DNA of 64,000 bases, from NCBI GenBank assembly GCA_963761305.1, contig CAVXGK010000001.1:960001-1024000 (forward strand), read 5' to 3'. Each line of letters starts with the position of its first letter. Position 1 is the stretch's first letter. Both the position numbers and the translations under genes were made by a program. Positions 58,223-64,000 of the stretch are shown here, in pieces. A model generated the notes under the pieces. That model did no database searches and was not told where the DNA came from. It saw nothing but the letters and a program-made list of their open reading frames with translations. The DNA is from an uncultured Gemmatimonadaceae bacterium (GTDB lineage: Bacteria > Gemmatimonadota > Gemmatimonadetes > Gemmatimonadales > Gemmatimonadaceae).

Positions 58223-61200
58223 GCGCGCTCCGTCGTCGGCGCGGCGACGGGCTCTCGTTCCGCTGCACCGGACCGTCCTTCCGCCAACCCGCGAATGATT
58301 CGGAAGAAGAGCGGGATGAAGAAGATGCCGACCGTCGTGGCGAACAACATGCCCGCGAACACGCCCGTGCCGATCGAGTGGCGGCTCACCGCGCCCGCAC
58401 CGCTCGCCAGCATCAGCGGCAGCACGCCGAGGATGAACGCGAACGACGTCATCAGAATTGGCCGCAGTCGTTCGCGCGCCGCTTCGACCGCCGCCTGTCG
58501 TATGCTCATGCCGTGCGCGCGCAACTCGTTCGCGAACTCGACGATCAGAATCGCGTTCTTCGCCGCGAGACCGACGACGGTGATCAAGCCGACCTGGAAG
58601 TAGATGTCGTTCGGCTGGTGTCGGACCCAGATGCCGAGCAGCGCGCCGAGCACACCGAACGGAACGCCGAACAAGACGGCGAACGGCACCGACCAGCTCT
58701 CATACTGCGCCGCGAGCACGAGGAACACGAGCACGAGGCCGAGCGCGAACACGAGCGCCGCGTCGCCGCTCGACGCGCGTTCTTGAAAGGACTGGCCGGA
58801 GTACGACACGCCGAGGCCCGCCGACCCGAATTGGTTGGCGATGAGATCGTCGACCTGGTGCAACAGCTCGCCGGTACTGTGCCCGGCCTTGGGCGTTCCC
58901 GTAAACTGAGCCGAGGTGAACCCGTTGAACCGCGGCACCACCGTCGGCGCGCTACGGAAGCTCACCGTCGTCACGGCCGACACCGGGACCATCGTGTTGT
59001 TTGCGCCGCGCACGTAGAGCTTTCCGATGTCGGTCGGCGTCTGGCGGAATTGCGGCAGCGCGAGCGCCTGCACGCGATACGTCTTGCCCTGAAGGTTGAA
59101 GTCGTTGATGTAGAGCGACGACAGGTTCGCCTGGAGCGTCGCGAACAAATCGGTGAGGTTGATCCCGCGCGCCTTGGCCGCCGTGCGATCGACGGTCACG
59201 TAGACCTGCGGGACCGCGGCGCGGAACGTCGTGTTGAGCGCACCCGCCGCCGGCAGTTGGTTCACCGCCTGCCGGAATTCGTTCACGTGCTGTGCGAAGG
59301 TGCGAATGTCCTGCCCGTTCCGGTTCTGCAGATTGATTTCGACGCCGGCGGTGATGCCGAGTCCCGGCACCTCCGGCAAGTTGAAGCCGAACGCGTTGGC
59401 ATCGGGCAGCCCGAACAGCTTGCGGTTGATGCGGCCAGCGAGCGAATCCAGCGCGTCGTGCGGCGAGCGTTCGTCCCACGGCTTCACGTTGAGAAAGACC
59501 GTCGCGCCGTTGGTCGCGTTCGACTGCGTGAGCAGATCGAGTCCGACGAGCGCCACGATGTTCTTCACCGCCGGCTCGGCGCGCAGGATTTTTTCGATCG
59601 ACGCGACCGTGGCTTCCGTACGCTGCAGCGACGCCGCGTCGGGCAGCTGCACCGAGAGCGCCATGTAGCCCTTGTCTTCCGTCGGAATGAACGCCGTCGG
59701 AATGCGGCGCCAGAAGACGCCCGCCAGCCCGACGATGATCAGAAACACAGCGACCCAGATCGGCGGACGCCGAATCACGGAACTCACCGCCCCGACGTAA
59801 CCGTTCGTCGCGCGCGTGAACAGGCGGTTGAACCACCCGAAGAATCCGGTCGTATGCGTCACCTCGGACTCCGTGAGCAGCAGCGCGCAGAGCGCCGGCG
59901 TCAGCGTGAGCGCGACGATGCCCGACAGCACGACGGCGATCACGATCGTCATCGCGAACTGCTTGAATAGCTCGCCCGTCACACCGCCGATGAATGCCAC
60001 CGGCACGAACACGGAGCACAGCACGAGCACGATCGCGACGAGCGCGCTGCCCACCTGACGAATCGCCTTGTCGGCAGCGAGTCGCGGCGGAAGGCCCTCG
60101 CTCGCCATGATGCGTTCGACGTTCTCGATCACGACGATCGCGTCGTCGACGACGATGCCGATCGCCAGCACGAGCCCGAACAGCGTGAGCACGTTGATCG
60201 ACATCCCGAAGGCGAGCAGACCGAGGAACGTACCGATGACGCTCACTGGCACGGCGAGCATCGGGATCAACGTGGCGCGCCAGCTCTGCAAGAACAAAAA
60301 GACGACCAGCGTCACGAGGATCATCGCCTCGACGAGCGTGATCGTGACCTCGTGAATCGACGCGCTGACGAACGGCGTCGTGTCGAACGGCAGGGCCCAG
60401 TGCACGCCCTTGGGAAATCCGGTCTGCATCTCGTTCAACCGATCGACCACAGCCTCCTTCACCGCGAGCGCGTTGGCGCCGGGCCGCATGTACAGCAGCA
60501 CGAATGCCGTCGGCACGCCGTTGAGCCGGCCCTCGAGGTCGTAGCTGCGCGCGCCGAGTGAGGCATGCCCGACGTCCCGTAACCGTATCACCGAACCGTC
60601 CGGCCGCGCGCGGATCACGATGTCGTTGAACTCGTCGGGCGTCTGCAATCGGCCGATCGTCGTGATCGGCAGCGTAAGCTGCGTGCCCGGCGGCGACGGC
60701 TCGGCGCCGAGTCGGCCCGCCGGATTCGTCGCGTTCTGCTCGCGCACCGCAGCGGCGATGTCGCTGACCGTGAGGCCCAACTGTGCCATCTTGTCGGGGT
60801 CGAGCTGGAGAAGCATCGAGAAATCGCGCGCCGGGAACGGCGTCGCGTCGCCCACGCCCGTCACCCGCTTCAGCTCGTCCACGACGTTGACCTTCATGTA
60901 GTTCGCGAGATACGTCGCGTCGTAACGCGGATCGTCCGACTGCAGCGCGACCACGGCGAGGATGTCGGTGTTCGCCTTGAGGATCGTGATGCCGTTCGTG
61001 CGCACCGCGTCGGGCAGCTGCGGCTCGGCCAGCTTCTCGGCGTTCTGCACGTCGACCGCGGCGAGATCCTGGTTGCGCGAGACGTCGAACGTCACGTTGA
61101 TCGTCGTCGAGCCGTCGCTGGCGTTCGACGACGCGTAGTAGAGCATGCCCTGGAGTCCGGCGAGCTGTTCCTCGATCGGCGCGGCCACCGCCTGCGCCGC

Positions 61201-61377
61201 GTCTTCCGACGACGCGCCGGGGAAATTCGTCTGGATGCGCACGGCCGGCGGCGTGATCTGCGGATACCGCGTCACCGGCAGCAGGTGAATCGCGAACAGG
61301 CCGAGCAGCGTGATGACGATCGAGATCACGGCGCCGAAGATCGGGCGCCGGATGAAGAAGTAGCGCGGCTCCGTCAT
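58219..61377 (-). CDS. HAE1-family RND efflux permease (AcrB/MexB-like)
   Basis: FFIRRPIF, YPQITPP, GIVVDDAIVVIENVER, LAAKNAILIVEFA, RLRPILMTS; ATG overlaps the MFP TGA. Confidence 0.96.
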   Translation of the reverse strand: MTEPRYFFIRRPIFGAVISIVITLLGLFAIHLLPVTRYPQITPPAVRIQTNFPGASSEDAAQAVAAPIEEQLAGLQGMLYYASSNASDGSTTINVTFDVSRNQDLAAVDVQNAEKLAEPQLPDAVRTNGITILKANTDILAVVALQSDDPRYDATYLANYMKVNVVDELKRVTGVGDATPFPARDFSMLLQLDPDKMAQLGLTVSDIAAAVREQNATNPAGRLGAEPSPPGTQLTLPITTIGRLQTPDEFNDIVIRARPDGSVIRLRDVGHASLGARSYDLEGRLNGVPTAFVLLYMRPGANALAVKEAVVDRLNEMQTGFPKGVHWALPFDTTPFVSASIHEVTITLVEAMILVTLVVFLFLQSWRATLIPMLAVPVSVIGTFLGLLAFGMSINVLTLFGLVLAIGIVVDDAIVVIENVERIMASEGLPPRLAADKAIRQVGSALVAIVLVLCSVFVPVAFIGGVTGELFKQFAMTIVIAVVLSGIVALTLTPALCALLLTESEVTHTTGFFGWFNRLFTRATNGYVGAVSSVIRRPPIWVAVFLIIVGLAGVFWRRIPTAFIPTEDKGYMALSVQLPDAASLQRTEATVASIEKILRAEPAVKNIVALVGLDLLTQSNATNGATVFLNVKPWDERSPHDALDSLAGRINRKLFGLPDANAFGFNLPEVPGLGITAGVEINLQNRNGQDIRTFAQHVNEFRQAVNQLPAAGALNTTFRAAVPQVYVTVDRTAAKARGINLTDLFATLQANLSSLYINDFNLQGKTYRVQALALPQFRQTPTDIGKLYVRGANNTMVPVSAVTTVSFRSAPTVVPRFNGFTSAQFTGTPKAGHSTGELLHQVDDLIANQFGSAGLGVSYSGQSFQERASSGDAALVFALGLVLVFLVLAAQYESWSVPFAVLFGVPFGVLGALLGIWVRHQPNDIYFQVGLITVVGLAAKNAILIVEFANELRAHGMSIRQAAVEAARERLRPILMTSFAFILGVLPLMLASGAGAVSRHSIGTGVFAGMLFATTVGIFFIPLFFRIIRGLAEGRSGAAEREPVAAPTTERA

Positions 61378-62513
61378 CGTGAGACTGCGGCTGATTTGGT
61401 GCTGTCGGCGAGCGGCATCGGTTTCACGACGCGTCCGGGCGCCACTTTCTGCGTCCCCTCGACGATCACGCGATCGCCGGCCGACAAGCCGGAGTCGATG
61501 ATCCAGAGCGAGCCGCTCCACGGTCCTGTCTGTACGTCGCGCGCGGTCACCGTGTCGCCAGTGCCGACGACGTACACGTACTGCCGACCCATTCCCTGCA
61601 TCACCGCACGCTGGGGCACGGCAAGCGCCGCGGCGCGAGTGAATCCCTCGAGCCGCACGCGCACGAACTGACCCGGCAACAGGCGGCGATCCGGATTGGC
61701 GAACGTGGCGCGGAACTCCTCCGTGCCGCTCGCCGAATCGAGCGACGGCGCGATGAAGTCGAGGCGACCGGTGCGCGGCAACAGCGAGCTGTCCGGCATC
61801 ACCACGCGCACGGCGAGGTTGCTTCCGGGACGAATCAACGCGCCGGCGCGCGGATCGCGCTCCCACGTCGCCAACTGTTGCGACGACGGATGAAAAGTCA
61901 CGTAGACCGGATCGAGCTCGTCGATCGTCGTCAGCAGGTCGCCCGCGCCCGTCACGCGCGCACCCAACTCCAACCGCGCTCGCCCGACCTGTCCGTTGAT
62001 CTCGGCGCGGATCACGCAGTCGTCGAGATCTTTCTTGGCGGCGTCGACCGCCGCCTGCGACGACTCGAGCTCCGAGCGCGCATTGTCCACGTCCTGCTGC
62101 GCCACGGCGTGCTTCGGGATGAGCGGTTCGAGTCGCGCGACGGTGCGCTTCGCGTTGTCGAGCCGCGCCAGCGCGCTCCGATACGCGGCGTCGTACTTCA
62201 CCGTATCGAGCTTGTAGAGGATTTGGCCCTTCGCGACGACGGCGCCTTCGGTGAACGCGCGTTCGACGATGATGCCCTCGACGCGCGAGCGAACCTCGAT
62301 GCGACGATAGGGCTGCACCTGCGCGCCCAGCTCGTACGGTTCGGCGATCGTCGCGGGAGAAACGGTGACGATGCTGACCTGCGGTGGGGGCGGCGCGGCC
62401 TGACCTTGCTGCTGTACGCCTGGACCGGCGGCCTTCGTGCAACCGCCGAGGAACACAAGACCGATGAGGATCGAAGCGAGCGTGCTCGCTCGCCGATTAT
62501 GCGCAATGATCAC
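61374..62513 (-). CDS. RND periplasmic adaptor (AcrA/MexA-like) lipoprotein
   Basis: Lipobox LGGC; EVRSRVEG, IRAEING, LDPVYVTF, LLPGQFVRV, VPQRAV. Confidence 0.94.
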   Translation of the reverse strand: MIIAHNRRASTLASILIGLVFLGGCTKAAGPGVQQQGQAAPPPPQVSIVTVSPATIAEPYELGAQVQPYRRIEVRSRVEGIIVERAFTEGAVVAKGQILYKLDTVKYDAAYRSALARLDNAKRTVARLEPLIPKHAVAQQDVDNARSELESSQAAVDAAKKDLDDCVIRAEINGQVGRARLELGARVTGAGDLLTTIDELDPVYVTFHPSSQQLATWERDPRAGALIRPGSNLAVRVVMPDSSLLPRTGRLDFIAPSLDSASGTEEFRATFANPDRRLLPGQFVRVRLEGFTRAAALAVPQRAVMQGMGRQYVYVVGTGDTVTARDVQTGPWSGSLWIIDSGLSAGDRVIVEGTQKVAPGRVVKPMPLADSTKSAAVSR

Positions 62514-62607
62514 TGCACCAAGGGCTGGCGTCGGGGAGACCTACAGGGAGTACCTGTAAGATGAACCCCGACACCAGCCCAAGGGAGCGCGCTGGGACGA
62601 ACGGTTC

Positions 62608-64000
62608 CTACCAGATCCTGGCGCGGAGGTTGTCGGGCCGAACCATCGTGTCGCCTTCCTTACAGCCCCACGCGGCCTTGAACTCCGGCATGTTCGACAG
62701 CGGGCCGTCGACGCGCCATTTGCCCGGCGAATGCGCGTCGGTCTTGATCTGCTGAAGCACCGCTTCGTCGCGCGACAGGCCGCGCCAGATCTGCGCCCAC
62801 GCCAGGAAGAACCGCTGCTCCGGCGTAAACCCGTCGATCTTCGCGTGCGGCTTGCCGGCAATCGCCTTCTCCATCGCGTAGTACGCGACAGTCAGGCCGC
62901 CGAGATCGGCGATGTTCTCGCCGAGCGTCTGCCGGCCGTTCACGTGCGACGCGCTGTCGACGACTGTATATGCGTTGAACTGGTCGACGACGAGCTGCGC
63001 GGCGGCCTTGTACTTGGCCGCGTCCTCCGGCGTCCACCAGTCACGCAGATTGCCCTGCCCGTCGAACTGACGGCCCGAGTCGTCGAAGCCATGCGTCATC
63101 TCGTGGCCGATCACCGCGCCGAGGGCGCCGTAGTTCACGGCGTCGTCGGCGTTCGGATCGAAGAACGGCGGCTGGAGAATGCCTGCCGGGAACTGGATCT
63201 GGTTGAGCGTCGAGCTGTACGACGCGTTCACCGTCGGCGGCGTCATGCTCCACTCGGTGCGATCGGGCGCCTTCCCCAATCGCGCCCACGTACGCGCCGC
63301 GTTCCACTCGGCCACGGCGTGCTGGTTGGCGTAGAACGAGCCCGCGTTGACGGAGAGCGTCGAGTAGTCGCGCCACTTGTCGGGATACGCGACCTTGCGC
63401 ATGAAAGCGTTGAGCTTGGCGACGGCCTGCGTCTTCGTCTCGCTGCTCATCCAGTCGAGCCCGTTGATTCGGTCGCGCAGCGCCGAAACGAGGTTGTCGA
63501 CCATCTTGGCGGCGCGGGCCTTGGCTTCGGGAGAGAAGTTGCGCTTGATCCAGTCCTGGCCGACCGCTTCGCCGAGCGCGCCGTTGGTGCCGGTCGCGCA
63601 CTGCTTGCCGCGCCTTTCCTGTTGCTTGACGCCCGTGGTGACCTGTTGCCAACGGAACGCTTCGTTCCGGAACGGCGTGCTCAGTGAACCCATCGCGCCG
63701 CTCTCGACGTGCCAGCGGAGATACGCCTTCCAGTCGTCGACGGGCGTGGCCGCCACGAGCGAGTCGAGCGCTTTGAAGAAGCTCGGCGCGCGGACGTTCA
63801 CGTCGCCCGCGTAGCTCGCGCGGCGCTGCTGGAGGTAGCGCGCCCAGTTCAAGTGCGGCGTCGTCGTCTGGAAATCGGCCACGGACATCTTGTGGTACGT
63901 CGCGACCGGGTCGCGCATGTCGGCCTGCGGAATGGTGATCTTGGCGATCGCCGTCTCGAGGGCGAGGATCGAGTGCGCGTTCGCCGACGCCTGCGCCGAG
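62608..64000 (-). CDS. M13 family (neprilysin/PepO-like) metallopeptidase, 5' end outside the window
   Basis: VNASY, FPAGILQPPF, NYGALGAVIGHEMTHGFDD, GENIADLGG, HSPGKWRV. Confidence 0.95.
   Translation of the reverse strand, partial: SAQASANAHSILALETAIAKITIPQADMRDPVATYHKMSVADFQTTTPHLNWARYLQQRRASYAGDVNVRAPSFFKALDSLVAATPVDDWKAYLRWHVESGAMGSLSTPFRNEAFRWQQVTTGVKQQERRGKQCATGTNGALGEAVGQDWIKRNFSPEAKARAAKMVDNLVSALRDRINGLDWMSSETKTQAVAKLNAFMRKVAYPDKWRDYSTLSVNAGSFYANQHAVAEWNAARTWARLGKAPDRTEWSMTPPTVNASYSSTLNQIQFPAGILQPPFFDPNADDAVNYGALGAVIGHEMTHGFDDSGRQFDGQGNLRDWWTPEDAAKYKAAAQLVVDQFNAYTVVDSASHVNGRQTLGENIADLGGLTVAYYAMEKAIAGKPHAKIDGFTPEQRFFLAWAQIWRGLSRDEAVLQQIKTDAHSPGKWRVDGPLSNMPEFKAAWGCKEGDTMVRPDNLRARIW

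Overview
High-GC bacterial window. Gene content and style (many secreted lipoproteins, 'GGAMSRVF'-type Ser/Thr kinases, Ig-like repeat proteins, GGRG linkers) suggest Gemmatimonadota; this is an inference. About 40 CDSs are supportable: SBP+MCP, M28 peptidase, metB-like-queC-queE, NlpC/P60, CapA, MFP + two ABC ATPases without a permease, a disrupted porin/CoA-transferase pair, a sigma54 two-component system, three paralogous outer-membrane beta-barrel genes, an L,D-transpeptidase, OmpA, three amidohydrolases, an FHA / kinase-RCC1 / Ig-repeat / TPR operon, a BNR/VPS10-type protein, an RND pump and an M13 peptidase. No rRNA, tRNA, CRISPR or transposase was seen. Best candidates for something undescribed: (1) a ~14 kb putative sigma54 operon linking an FHA protein and a receptor kinase, which share a [ED]TVRF[LM]RP motif, to three Ig-repeat lipoproteins (7, 17 and 10 domains) and a TPR protein; (2) a conserved three-stem 5' leader with a possible pseudoknot in front of all three beta-barrel genes; (3) a ~210-nt multi-hairpin element plus a 21-nt-periodic tract in a 1.1 kb non-coding gap. 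All calls come from reading the sequence only; no database searches were run.
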